Both the position numbers and the translations under genes were made by a program. Shown one piece after another: positions 9,016 through 17,546 of a stretch of 32,000 bases of DNA. The notes under the pieces are model-generated. The model did no database searches and had not been told where the DNA came from. It saw nothing but the letters and a program-made list of their open reading frames with translations. Position 1 is the first letter of the stretch; every line of letters begins with the position of its first letter. Source of the DNA: an uncultured Chloroflexia bacterium (lineage in GTDB: Bacteria > Chloroflexota > Ktedonobacteria > Ktedonobacterales > JADMIN01); the NCBI GenBank assembly GCA_963718915.1, contig CAVRAI010000013.1, positions 30,001-62,000 of the forward strand, given 5' to 3'.

Positions 9016-10122
9016 TTAACTGTCTCGGGCTCCTGCTGCAATGGCGTAGCCTGGAGCGCTTACGAGGTATTCCCAGTGTCGATGCGCTGTGGGGCAGGCT
9101 GGTTGGGACAACACGAGGGTTGGAAGCGGGCTCCAGTCGAGTCGGGCGCCACCACCTCCATACCCGTCACAGGTGATCGATTCCCAATAGAGCAGAAGCG
9201 CTTGCGCCATAGATGGCGCGTGGACGATAACCTGTGCGCCCTCATTCCGCAGCGAGAGCGCCCGATTCGTTGGTATCTGCGGATCAACGTGAAAGGAGAC
9301 GGACGGCCAGCGCCCGTCAAGAGGGCTGGCTTGGGGAGGCACGTCTCGCATTCCGCCCATCGTGATCGTGACCTCTCCGCTCTTAGTCACCGGCAGAAAG
9401 GAATGCAGAGTCAGCGTCTGACCAGGCGCTACGGTGGTTTTGAACAATGGCAGAGCACAGTCTATGGCGAGCCTGGGCAAGGTGTAGGTAGGGGCGCTGC
9501 CTGCAGTGATTTGTGCGCTCAAGGCCGAGGAATCACAGGCGCTGTCTGGTTTGTTCCCTCCAGAGAGCGCAAGGGGCTGACTGGTTTGATTGGTCAGGCC
9601 AAGGTCGACGGAGATCAATTCACGCAGAAAGTAGGGGCCTGGTGTCACTATATGGATTGATGCTTGCATACCGTCGACTTGAGAGACGGCGGTCGGCCCT
9701 GTCGAGGCGTTTGGAGGCTGCACGCCAGAAGGTCGCACCGCGGATCTGAACAGCAAAAGTGTTGCGCCAACGAGGATCCCGATGACCAGAATCGCGGCCA
9801 GATCCCGCGCAGTACGCGCGAGACGCCTTCTTCGCGAGGGCGTGCTCAGGATACGTTGGGATCTGGTCTGACTGGCCTGACTGGCTTGACTGGTCTGAAA
9901 CGGGCGCTGGTCGTCAGGCGGTTCTTCCGCCTGAGCAGTACGAGCACCGCCTTGCAGCAAGCGTTCTTGCACACGAGCAATGATTCTCGATTGTTCCAGG
10001 GGGGTGACGCCTGCTGGTTCACGCAGGCCGTGGTGGAGCAGAGCAATGAGTTGTGTATAGGGTTCCTGGCGCTCTTCAGGGATTCTCTCGTTATTCCCAG
10101 CGTTGTTCCTAGGGTCATCCAT
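9016..10122 (-). CDS. putative anti-sigma factor, single-pass membrane protein with unknown extracytoplasmic domain
   Basis: The ATG is 2 nt after the sigma factor stop, with GGAGGAG inside the sigma gene end. Architecture: cytoplasmic N-terminus, one TM (LAAILVIGILVGATLLLF), then a roughly 240-aa C-terminal domain. I recognise no motif in that domain. Confidence 0.55.
   Translation of the reverse strand: MDDPRNNAGNNERIPEERQEPYTQLIALLHHGLREPAGVTPLEQSRIIARVQERLLQGGARTAQAEEPPDDQRPFQTSQASQASQTRSQRILSTPSRRRRLARTARDLAAILVIGILVGATLLLFRSAVRPSGVQPPNASTGPTAVSQVDGMQASIHIVTPGPYFLRELISVDLGLTNQTSQPLALSGGNKPDSACDSSALSAQITAGSAPTYTLPRLAIDCALPLFKTTVAPGQTLTLHSFLPVTKSGEVTITMGGMRDVPPQASPLDGRWPSVSFHVDPQIPTNRALSLRNEGAQVIVHAPSMAQALLLYWESITCDGYGGGGARLDWSPLPTLVLSQPACPTAHRHWEYLVSAPGYAIAAGARDS
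9863..9898. repeat. 9-bp tandem repeat x4 inside the anti-sigma candidate
   Basis: The copies are ctggtctga, ctggcctga, ctggcttga and ctggtctga. On the minus strand they encode TSQASQASQTRSQ. Confidence 0.9.
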
Positions 10123-10124
10123 AG

Positions 10125-10802
10125 CTATTCTCCTCCCTCGTCCTGCTCGTAGAGCTGACGTATCCGACGCAGTGTGCGAGAGAGCAGCTTGCGCACCGTT
10201 CCCTCGGGTTTTCCGAACCGCTCTGCAATTTGGGTCAGCCGCAGGTCATGCCCGTAACGCAGCCGAAGCAATTCCTGCTGGATCGGAGGAAGTTGTCCAA
10301 TCACATGCGAGAGGCGCTCGTACGCCTGCCGTCGCTCGACCAGTTGTTGGGGAGTCAATTCCTCATCGGCCGTCTCTCTGGCTTGATCCAACGGTACCAG
10401 GGCCAAACGGGTTATGTGACGGTAACGGTCAATAGCCTTATTCCGCGCGACCCGGCGCAGCCAGGCCAGTTGTTGCCGAGACGGAAGGTTTAGGAGCAGG
10501 TCGCTGTTGAAGGCGGCCAGGAACACCTCTAAGAGCAGGTCTTCGGCATCTTGCGTATTTGACACCATCTCGCACAGATAGACCAGGATCGTCTGGGCAA
10601 AATCGCTGTAGAGGGCGCTTTTCTTTGCGCTTTGTAGGTCATCTTGCGTGAGATGGCGCATGCTTGTTCCTTGATAGGTGATGTCGCAGAGATAATCTCG
10701 TAGCAACTCGCTATAAATAAGATCGTTTGAAGGGGGGAAACGCGGCAAAGGAAGCCCAGAAACATCTTCATGACTCGGTGCTTCACCAGAAGACTCGGCC
10801 AC
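10125..10802 (-). CDS. RNA polymerase sigma-70 family, ECF-type sigma factor
   Basis: Region 2 is DAEDLLLEVFLAAF. Region 4 HTH is LPPIQQELLRLRYGHDLRLTQIAERFGKPEGTVRKLLSRTLRRI. The start is uncertain: the first 47 codons are AT3-rich, and Met48 (10661) would give a typical ECF length. Confidence 0.85.
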   Translation of the reverse strand: MAESSGEAPSHEDVSGLPLPRFPPSNDLIYSELLRDYLCDITYQGTSMRHLTQDDLQSAKKSALYSDFAQTILVYLCEMVSNTQDAEDLLLEVFLAAFNSDLLLNLPSRQQLAWLRRVARNKAIDRYRHITRLALVPLDQARETADEELTPQQLVERRQAYERLSHVIGQLPPIQQELLRLRYGHDLRLTQIAERFGKPEGTVRKLLSRTLRRIRQLYEQDEGGE

Positions 10803-11145
10803 TCAACCGTGTTCCCAAACCCTTACTTGACGTTCTAGGGCCTGTCTGACGAAGCATGTGCGGTTCGTCAAGGATGGAAGGATGGCGCCGAACGGCCGGA
10901 CCAAGGCGCAGCGCCCACTGCAGCTTGGCAGCGGGAGCGCGATGGCTCTCCACGCCTCCGCAGTCAATGCGCCGCGTCCTGGCATCTCGCGCCTGCCTCG
11001 TTCCGCCCTCGTCCAGTACGAGGGTAACATCTCTTGCGGTCGTTGACAGACAGGCTGTAGGCTGGTGAGGTGGACGCTTGTGCGGGCGGAATGGGAGCAT
11101 GGTCTGTCGCTCCCGCTACACCCAAGTTGAGTTCAGGAGCGTACG

Positions 11146-11634
11146 ATGCGGCAAGATGAACTGACGTTGACGCCGTTTTACCAGGGATGGGATACCTACC
11201 AAGCGGCGCTCGTTCGGGCGATTGCGCCCTTATCAGAGGAGCAGCTCGCGTTGCGCGCCGTCCCCTCGCTGCGCCGGGTGTGGCTGCTGGCGGCGCATAT
11301 CATCGGGTCGCGGGTGAGTAGCTTTCAGGACTCCATGGGAGAGGGAGATCCCGCCCTCGCCGCCCTCGAATCCTGGGATGCAGACGGCGCGCCACCGCGC
11401 ACCGCCGCCGAACTGGTTCAGGGATTGGAGGCGACGTGGCAGATGATGCGCGAGTGCCTCGACCACTGGACGCCAGACAATCTGGCCGACACCTTCGTCG
11501 AGCAGCAGGGCGAGCAGACCTACACCTATACGCGCCAGCGGATCATCTGGGGGATTCTCAAGCACGACCTGCACCACGGCGGCGAGCTGTTCCTGACGCT
11601 CGGCATGAATGGCCTGCCTACACCAGACGTGTAG
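11146..11634 (+). CDS. DinB family (DinB/YfiT-like four-helix bundle) protein
   Basis: 162 aa with the C-terminal HDLHHGGEL metal-binding signature of the DinB_2 superfamily. AGGAG lies 6 nt upstream. Confidence 0.85.
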   Translation: MRQDELTLTPFYQGWDTYQAALVRAIAPLSEEQLALRAVPSLRRVWLLAAHIIGSRVSSFQDSMGEGDPALAALESWDADGAPPRTAAELVQGLEATWQMMRECLDHWTPDNLADTFVEQQGEQTYTYTRQRIIWGILKHDLHHGGELFLTLGMNGLPTPDV

Positions 11635-11891
11635 CGATTGCCATCCAGATAGCCAGGATGACCTCTCCACCAGGACAAGCGCCTGCCTGACGACCGACGG
11701 TGACAAGGTAATGGGCGTCGCGCAAGGTGTGTCGCAGGTGGGCAGCGAGGGCTGGGGGGAGGGTCTGCGCGTTCATCACGGCTGTTTTGGCCCGTTCGGC
11801 TTTTGGCGCTTGGGGCGCTCAATGTTACCATGGCACAATGGGGTGGTAGACTGAACCCCTGGCGAATCGATTAGAGAGAGCAGCGATAGCA

Positions 11892-12584
11892 ATGAGGCGC
11901 CGATTCTCCTACCTGCTCGCACTCTCGCTCGTCGGCCTTTTCGTCGGTCTGTCCATCACGGGCTGCGGACCCGTGATGGCGGGAACAGCTCGTACGAGCG
12001 ACGGTTCGCCGCCAGCGACGGTATTCGCCAAAACTGACAGCACTCCAACGCCTTCACTGCCTCCAACTACTTCAACGCCTCCCTCTCAGGCTGCCGCTAG
12101 TCCTACCCCGACGCATGCATCTCAATCTCACGTCGCGCCCACGTCGGCGAGCGGCCTTGTTCCCACTCCTGCTCCTGCGAGCTTCGCCAGCCGCGCGCTC
12201 GCCAGGACGAACGCCTACCGCAGCCAGTTCAACTGTCCACCGCTCCATGAAAACGCGCAACTCGACCAAGCCGCGTTCGCGCATAGCCAGGATATGGCGT
12301 TGCATGGCTATTTCGACCACAACAGCCCCGCTGGCCAGACCCCGTGGGATCGTATACATGCCGCGGGCTACCAGTTCTCTATGGCCGCGGAGAATATCGC
12401 CGCTGGCTATCCGACGCCCGAAGCCGTCATTGACGCCTTCTTCCACGAGACGCCGCCCAATGATGGCCACCGCCGCAACCTGCTCAACTGCGCGCTGCGA
12501 GACGTCGGCTTCGCGTACTTCTATCAAAAGGGCAGCGCGTACGGCTCCTACTGGACCCAGGACTTCGCGACACCGCTCTCGTAG
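11892..12584 (+). CDS. CAP (SCP/PR-1, YkwD-like) domain lipoprotein
   Basis: Signal peptide with lipobox SITGC, then a Pro/Thr/Ser-rich linker. The CAP domain segments are AHSQDMALHGYFDHNSP, ENIAAGY and GHRRNLL. Confidence 0.85.
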   Translation: MRRRFSYLLALSLVGLFVGLSITGCGPVMAGTARTSDGSPPATVFAKTDSTPTPSLPPTTSTPPSQAAASPTPTHASQSHVAPTSASGLVPTPAPASFASRALARTNAYRSQFNCPPLHENAQLDQAAFAHSQDMALHGYFDHNSPAGQTPWDRIHAAGYQFSMAAENIAAGYPTPEAVIDAFFHETPPNDGHRRNLLNCALRDVGFAYFYQKGSAYGSYWTQDFATPLS

Positions 12585-12610
12585 GTCTCGTAGGTCTCGC
12601 AGGTCTCGCA
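12578..12610. repeat. 9-bp tandem repeat (gtaggtctc x2, gcaggtctc) containing the CAP gene stop codon
   Basis: The TAG stop at 12582-12584 lies inside copy 1 and is duplicated in copy 2. Confidence 0.9.
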
Positions 12611-12712
12611 AGAAGCGTGGTGAACCTTGGCTGTAGTTGGTACGGTTTGTGCAGCCTTGCCGGGGGGTCGGCAGTACACACCTGGGAGAACCGAGGAGGA
12701 GAACGAGCACCC

Positions 12713-13105
12713 ATGATCGATGCAGAGACCGATGCAGATCGTCGGGCCGCCATCGAGCGTCATTGGGCCGCATCGCAGGCCGGGGACGAGGCCGCGGAGC
12801 ATGCGATCTATGCCGATGATGCGGTTCTTGAGTATCCACAATCGGGCGAGCGGTTCCGCGGGCGACGCAACATCCAGGGCCAGCGTGGCCACCATCCGGC
12901 ACAGCGAGAGTTTGTCGTCCGGCGCGTGCGCGGCAGCGGCGAGTTGTGGATCACCGAACTGGTCATCACCTACGACGGGAAACCGTACGACACTGTGAGC
13001 ATCATGGAGTTTCGCGCGGCCCACGTCGTGCTCGAGGCGCAGTACTTCGCCGAGCCCTTTGCCGCCGCCGCCTGGCGGGCGCAGTGGGCCGAGCAGACAG
13101 GGTAA
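12713..13105 (+). CDS. NTF2-like (SnoaL / ketosteroid isomerase-like) family protein
   Basis: 130 aa from the ATG at 12713, with GAGGAGGAG upstream. The pattern AAIERHWAA..GD....IYADDAVLEYPQSGERFRG is typical of SnoaL-like small proteins. The upstream part of ORF 12617.. is not needed. Confidence 0.75.
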   Translation: MIDAETDADRRAAIERHWAASQAGDEAAEHAIYADDAVLEYPQSGERFRGRRNIQGQRGHHPAQREFVVRRVRGSGELWITELVITYDGKPYDTVSIMEFRAAHVVLEAQYFAEPFAAAAWRAQWAEQTG

Positions 13106-13122
13106 GTCAGGGTAAGTCAGGG
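13098..13122. repeat. 10-bp tandem repeat (ggtaagtcag x2.5) containing the NTF2-like gene stop codon
   Basis: The TAA stop at 13103-13105 lies inside copy 1. Confidence 0.9.
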
Positions 13123-13163
13123 AGGGCACGGGCGGTTCCTCTCTTCTCCCGGTATCGTTCCCG

Positions 13164-13185
13164 CTGGTTCTCCTGGTTCTCCTGG
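13164..13185. repeat. 9-bp tandem repeat (ctggttctc x2.4) upstream of the carbonic anhydrase gene
   Basis: Perfect copies at 13164-13172 and 13173-13181, then a partial copy. Confidence 0.85.
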
Positions 13186-13227
13186 CCGAAAAGACGTCAC
13201 AGCAGACATGAGCAGAAGGAGGCACCC

Positions 13228-13755
13228 ATGAGTCTTATTGATGAAGCGCTGCAAGCGAATGAGCAGGCGGCACAAACCTATGATGCGGCGTTCGGTCGCC
13301 CGCCCTCGCCCAAAATGGTCATTGTGACCTGCATGGATCCCAGGTTAAACAACATTTTACCCATGCTGGGTCTGCAACCCGGTGATGCCGACGTGATCAG
13401 GAATGCCGGCAATGTGATCACCGAAGATGTCTTGCGATCCCTCCTCGTCTCCACCCGCGTGCTGGGGTCACGAGAAATCATGATTATCAATCATACCGGG
13501 TGTGGGATGCAGACCTTCAAAGATGACGAGCTAGAGGCAAAGCTTCAGCAGCAGACGGGGACGGCGACAATTGTTCCTGAACGCTTCTACGCCTTCACCG
13601 ATTCAGAGACCCAAGTGCGCGAACAGATCCAAAAAGTGAAGGGGCATCCCTGGATACCCAAAGGCATTCCGGTTCGAGGATTCGTGTACGACGTCAACAC
13701 TGGGAGGCTGCGCGAGATTACACTGGCGCTTGACCCGGTTGAGACGCGGCGGTAG
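13228..13755 (+). CDS. beta-class carbonic anhydrase-like protein
   Basis: Zinc ligand motifs CMDPR and HTGCG are at the expected spacing. GAAGGAGG lies just upstream of the ATG at 13228. The long N-terminal extension of ORF 12946.. is Arg-rich and discarded. Confidence 0.8.
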   Translation: MSLIDEALQANEQAAQTYDAAFGRPPSPKMVIVTCMDPRLNNILPMLGLQPGDADVIRNAGNVITEDVLRSLLVSTRVLGSREIMIINHTGCGMQTFKDDELEAKLQQQTGTATIVPERFYAFTDSETQVREQIQKVKGHPWIPKGIPVRGFVYDVNTGRLREITLALDPVETRR

Positions 13756-13772
13756 GCGCGCCGAGAGCGTAT

Positions 13773-13816
13773 CCCTGCCAGCGTCTCGGTCACGGAGAAA
13801 GCTCCCCCTGGCAGGG
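13773..13816 (+). terminator. possible stem-loop downstream of the carbonic anhydrase gene
   Basis: CCCTGCCAG (13773-13781) and CTGGCAGGG (13808-13816) are perfect reverse complements separated by 26 nt. There is no U-tract, so an intrinsic terminator role is weak. Confidence 0.25.
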
Positions 13817-13974
13817 TTGCGCCCTCCCCTTCCTCATGGAACAGCGCCGTTGCTTCGCAGATAAGCAACTGTGCATGCGGCGCATCTTAAGATGACCGAT
13901 TATCCAGTTCATCAGGGCCATGGACTGTCAGTCTGTCATGCCGAAAACGACAATACCTTCGCACAACACCCTCT

Positions 13975-14164
13975 GACGACATATACGATCATCACGTGCC
14001 AGCCCAATGCCGTGCTGGCTACGATCCACAACTGGATGCCGGTGATTCTGCTGCCTGAGGATGAAGATGCCTGGCTCGATCCGGACATGACCGAGGTGGA
14101 GGCGATTACCAGCTATTTGCGGCCGTATCCAGATGAGTTGCTGGAGGCGGTGCGGGTGGCGTAG
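13975..14164 (+). pseudogene. 3' fragment of a second SRAP/YedK-type gene
   Basis: About 190 nt align without gaps to 7180-7369 with about 22 mismatches by eye, ending at the same TAG. It encodes LTTYTIITCQPNAVLATIHNWMPVILLPEDEDAWLDPDMTEVEAITSYLRPYPDELLEAVRVA. Homology stops abruptly at 13974/13975, so the catalytic Cys2 N-terminus is absent. Confidence 0.8.
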
Positions 14165-14676
14165 GGCTTGATATGGCCGTCGATGTTGAGTTGCCGCACC
14201 GAATGCAGAGCAGCGAAGTGTTACCTACCACAACACCCGTTATACAACACCCGTTCGTCGTCGCGCAGCAGGGGCGTTACCGCACAAGGCTGCCTCCCTC
14301 GCCGGACACGGGAGAGAGGTGAACGCTGCCGAGCCCGATCTCGTTCCTGTCGGGATTACGGTACGTCGTCTTGCGAATGACGTTCGCGTACATTTTGCTC
14401 GTCACGGGGTAGAGTAAGTGGGCTGCCTGACCTCAGATGATCCTGACCTGACGGGTGGGAGAGCCAAGGGCCGCTGAAGTCACTGATAGTGCTTGTGGCC
14501 AGCGTTCTTGCATAGACTCACTGCGCCCCTGGTGGCATCAATTCATACGGCATTTGTGCGCATGTTCCTAATATCTCCTGGTTCGTGAAACATTAGCCTT
14601 TACTGGCGCCAGCCAGCATTTGCGTACCTACCCAATGAAAGAGATAAGAGTGCGGCCAAAGCACTTTGAGGCGGTT

Positions 14677-14704
14677 GTGAGGCGGTTGTGAGGCGCTGAT
14701 GAGT
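14677..14704. repeat. 11-bp tandem repeat (gaggcggttgt x2.5)
   Basis: Perfect copies at 14677-14687 and 14688-14698, then a partial copy. It lies about 100 nt upstream of the DoxX-like gene. Confidence 0.85.
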
Positions 14705-14803
14705 CGTCGTGATGTTTTTGTGATCTGGGATTTCCATACTACGACTGTACGGTAAACGTTCTCTTTCGGAGGCGAGGCTCTACGTCGTGAGGAGGTGTGT
14801 CTG

Positions 14804-15598
14804 ATGTCACGTCAAACAAGCAAGATGGTTCAGTGGGCGTCGCTCGCACTCTGTGCCATCGCTGGAATCTGGACTGTCTCCCACATCATCTGGAACCTGC
14901 AGAAGCAGACCGCCGATGATTATTGGGGGCAAGCGCTCTTCGTCCTGTTCATCCTTGCGCTCATTCTGGCATTCGTCCGCTATTTCCAGAATCGCTCCGC
15001 ACTTGCTGCCCCAGCTACCTCGACCTCCAACGAGGAATTTCCTGAACCCGCTATCGCCAAGTTCTTCCTCGGCTCAACAGGGGCTGCCGCACTCTGGTTC
15101 GTCGTCCGTATGAATGTCGGCGCCCAGTGGTTCCTTGCTGGATGGGAAAAAGTACAAGACCCGACCTGGGGGACCAGTGGTGTCGCGCTCAAGGGCTTCG
15201 TGACGGCGGCCATCGCCAAGACTGGTGGCGCTCACCCGTCCGTACAGGGGTGGTATGGCAATTTCTTACATGATTTTGTGCTCCCGAATGTTGGACTCGT
15301 CTCGTTCCTGGTCACCTGGGGCGAAGTGGCCGTCGGTCTCGGCGTATTGGTCGGCGCATTGACCGGGATCGCCGCAGGCTTCGGCGTGCTCATGAACCTG
15401 AATTATCTGCTCGCGGGCACGGTCAGTATCAATCCTATTCTGGGGGCGTTCGGCTTGTTCCTCTGCTTCGCCTGGCGTGTCGCGGGCCAGATCGGGCTTG
15501 ATCGCTGGTTATTGCCTGCCCTGGGCCTGCCCTGGAAACCGGGGACGCTCTTCCAAGCGTCCACCGAGACGAAGGCGGGCCCTACCCCCACCTCGTAA
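14804..15598 (+). CDS. DoxX-like integral membrane protein
   Basis: Multi-pass membrane ORF. The segment WGEVAVGLGVLVGALTGIAAGFGVLMNLNYLLAG resembles DoxX/DoxD family proteins. GGAGG lies 8 nt before the ATG at 14804; the track start 14795 is a GTG. Confidence 0.6.
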   Translation: MSRQTSKMVQWASLALCAIAGIWTVSHIIWNLQKQTADDYWGQALFVLFILALILAFVRYFQNRSALAAPATSTSNEEFPEPAIAKFFLGSTGAAALWFVVRMNVGAQWFLAGWEKVQDPTWGTSGVALKGFVTAAIAKTGGAHPSVQGWYGNFLHDFVLPNVGLVSFLVTWGEVAVGLGVLVGALTGIAAGFGVLMNLNYLLAGTVSINPILGAFGLFLCFAWRVAGQIGLDRWLLPALGLPWKPGTLFQASTETKAGPTPTS

Positions 15599-15958
15599 AC
15601 CAGCCTTCGTGTGGTCAGCCCTCGGCAGACGATAAGTGTTCGCGATGGGTGCTCAGCGTGTGATGCTGGGCATCCATCGGCGCCAGGATCGGAGGCGGAA
15701 GCTTCCACGGCTCGGTGTGCTGTTCCTCCAATTAGGAAGCACAAGGCTAGCCTCGTCGTATAGATCCCAATATTATGCAGGGTTCCATTCGTCGTTTCCG
15801 CCCCTGTCCCCTAGGTTGTTGGCAGGATGGGTGTCAGTGTCAGTTCAATCATTCTGACCTAACACCACCAGCCTTGCCGCCGGAGTGGGACCAGCTGCAC
15901 TCACCGAGACTCCTCGCGCGCGAGATGCCGCTGAAACGAGGCGCTCGACCCACCGTCC

Positions 15959-15979
15959 ATTACTCACTATTACTCAGCA
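15959..15979. repeat. 10-bp tandem duplication containing the Dyp stop codon
   Basis: The copies are ttactcacta and ttactcagca. The minus strand reads GAG TAA TAG TGA GTA A, which puts three consecutive in-frame stops at the gene end. Confidence 0.8.
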
Positions 15980-16932
15980 AGGCCCTGGAGTAGATCGTTG
16001 GACGGGACGAAGAAGGTCGTCCCTGTGACAGCCGTCGAGAAGTCGAGGATGCGGTCGTACGAGCCAACGGGATCACCGACGAACATATTGCGCAGCATCT
16101 GTTCGATGACTGAGAGGTCGCGTGTATACCCGATGAAATAGGTGCCGAATTCCCCCTGACCCGGGCGCCCAAAGGGCATGTTGTCCCGCAGGATGTCATG
16201 CTCGACCCCATGCGCGTCGACGATGGTATTGAGACGTTTGTGCGACTTCCGCGTGTTCAGATCGTTCAGATCATCCAGTTCGACGTTGTCGACTTTGGTA
16301 CGACCGATGATCGCCTCCTGCTCCGCGACCGAGAGGTTGCCCCAGGTGGTCAGGTTGTGGAAGTACTTCTGCACGACGACGTAGGAGCCTCCAGTGAAAT
16401 CGGGATCCTCGTCGCCAATGAGGGTGGCCTGATACATGGAGGCGCCAGTCGGGTTTTCCGTACCGTCGACGAAGCCGAGCAGATCGCGGGCATCGAAATA
16501 GCGAAAGCCTTGCACTTCGTCCACGACAGTGACCGCGTCGCCAAGGGCAGCGAGGAGCAGTTTCTCCAACTCGAAGCACATATCACTGCGCTCGGCGCGG
16601 ATATGGAAGAGCAGATCTCCTGGTGTCGAGACAGCGGTGTGGACGTCCCCTGGTATCTCTGTAAACGCACGCAACTGCGCCGGGCGTTTGTCCTGTCCCA
16701 GGCGATCCCAGGCCATGCTGCCGATGCCCACATTACAGGAGAGGTGGCCATCGAGGTCGCGGAACCCGACCGCACGGACGAGCCCGCCAATAGCCGCAAT
16801 GACAGCTCGCGCCTTGGTTATCGCCTCATCGCCGGGTTGAATCGTCACGACCAGGAACATCGCTATCCGCGAGAGCGGGGCATCGACGCTTTGCGGCTCT
16901 ATGGGCACACGATCCCGAGTAGCACGTTGCAT
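15970..16932 (-). CDS. Dyp-type (dye-decolorizing) heme peroxidase
   Basis: Contains FGFVDGTENP-like LLGFVDGTENP, plus GGSYVVVQKY, SHKRLN, ILRDNMPFG and FIGYTRD. The ATG at 16932 (MQRATRD) has GGAGGTG 7 nt upstream. The 60 upstream codons of the track ORF are not Dyp-like. Confidence 0.9.
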   Translation of the reverse strand: MQRATRDRVPIEPQSVDAPLSRIAMFLVVTIQPGDEAITKARAVIAAIGGLVRAVGFRDLDGHLSCNVGIGSMAWDRLGQDKRPAQLRAFTEIPGDVHTAVSTPGDLLFHIRAERSDMCFELEKLLLAALGDAVTVVDEVQGFRYFDARDLLGFVDGTENPTGASMYQATLIGDEDPDFTGGSYVVVQKYFHNLTTWGNLSVAEQEAIIGRTKVDNVELDDLNDLNTRKSHKRLNTIVDAHGVEHDILRDNMPFGRPGQGEFGTYFIGYTRDLSVIEQMLRNMFVGDPVGSYDRILDFSTAVTGTTFFVPSNDLLQGLAE

Positions 16933-16951
16933 GGCTGCCCACCTCCGGTAA

Positions 16952-16974
16952 CCTGCTTGACCTGCTTGACCTGA
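16952..16974. repeat. 9-bp tandem repeat (cctgcttga x2.5) in the Dyp 5' leader
   Basis: Perfect copies at 16952-16960 and 16961-16969, immediately upstream of the GGAGGTG Shine-Dalgarno on the minus strand. Confidence 0.85.
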
Positions 16975-17157
16975 TCGGACGAAGCAAGGACATCCAAGAA
17001 CCTCCAAGAATCTCGCTATGACTATAGCAAGAACGGGCAATGCTGGAGCAAACAAGTGGCGCCTGTAGCCGTCGTCACGATGACGCTCGACGAAATACCG
17101 CTCCAGTAGCATCTATGAGCTGGGAGAGTGCCCAGAACACGACCCTCCTATGATTCG

Positions 17158-17466
17158 TTATCGTGCTTCGGGAGGTATTCCTTGAATTGATGCAGCGAAG
17201 GCCTCATGTTCCGCTCTATCAACAACCCGACGCGTCACTTTTTGAGAAGGCGGATAGACTCCTACGTAGTTATCCCCCTTCCAGTTCGTTTTCGGGCGGA
17301 TGGGGCGCGAGCAGAATCCCCCACCGCAATTGGGGCAGACATTATGTAGCACATGGTCGACACAATCCGTGCAGAAGGTACATTCAAACGAGCAAATCAT
17401 CGCCTCTGTTGATTCTGGCGGCAACGCCTTGCCGCAATTTTCACAGCTCGGTCGTAGTTCAAGCAT
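17158..17466 (-). CDS. DUF1272 domain zinc-ribbon protein
   Basis: MLELRPSCENCGKALPPES..AMICSFECTFCTDCV....CPNCGG is the characteristic DUF1272 cysteine pattern. AGGAG lies 6 nt upstream. Confidence 0.8.
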   Translation of the reverse strand: MLELRPSCENCGKALPPESTEAMICSFECTFCTDCVDHVLHNVCPNCGGGFCSRPIRPKTNWKGDNYVGVYPPSQKVTRRVVDRAEHEAFAASIQGIPPEAR

Positions 17467-17546
17467 GTTGTACTCCTACTCCCCTCACTGACAACGGCAA
17501 CGCGTACCAGAACGGCTGCCGTGGCCTATGAAACAGGAGGATCTGT

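Noticed and set aside
7180-14164. Diversity-generating retroelement idea: the SRAP 3' end and its diverged copy (also the NTF2-like pair) as variable and template repeats.
   Set aside because: Mismatches are spread over all four bases and mostly at synonymous third positions, not concentrated at adenines. No reverse transcriptase gene is present in the window.
13871-14164. 97-aa ORF as an intact small gene.
   Set aside because: Only the last 63 residues are SRAP-like. The first 34 have no support, and the catalytic N-terminal Cys of the family is missing, so it is called a pseudogene fragment.
15717-15745. Hairpin GTGCtgTTCCT-ccaatt-AGGAAGCAC between the convergent DoxX-like and Dyp genes as an intrinsic terminator.
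   Set aside because: It has no U/T tract on either strand and lies more than 100 nt from both stop codons, which is too weak to call.
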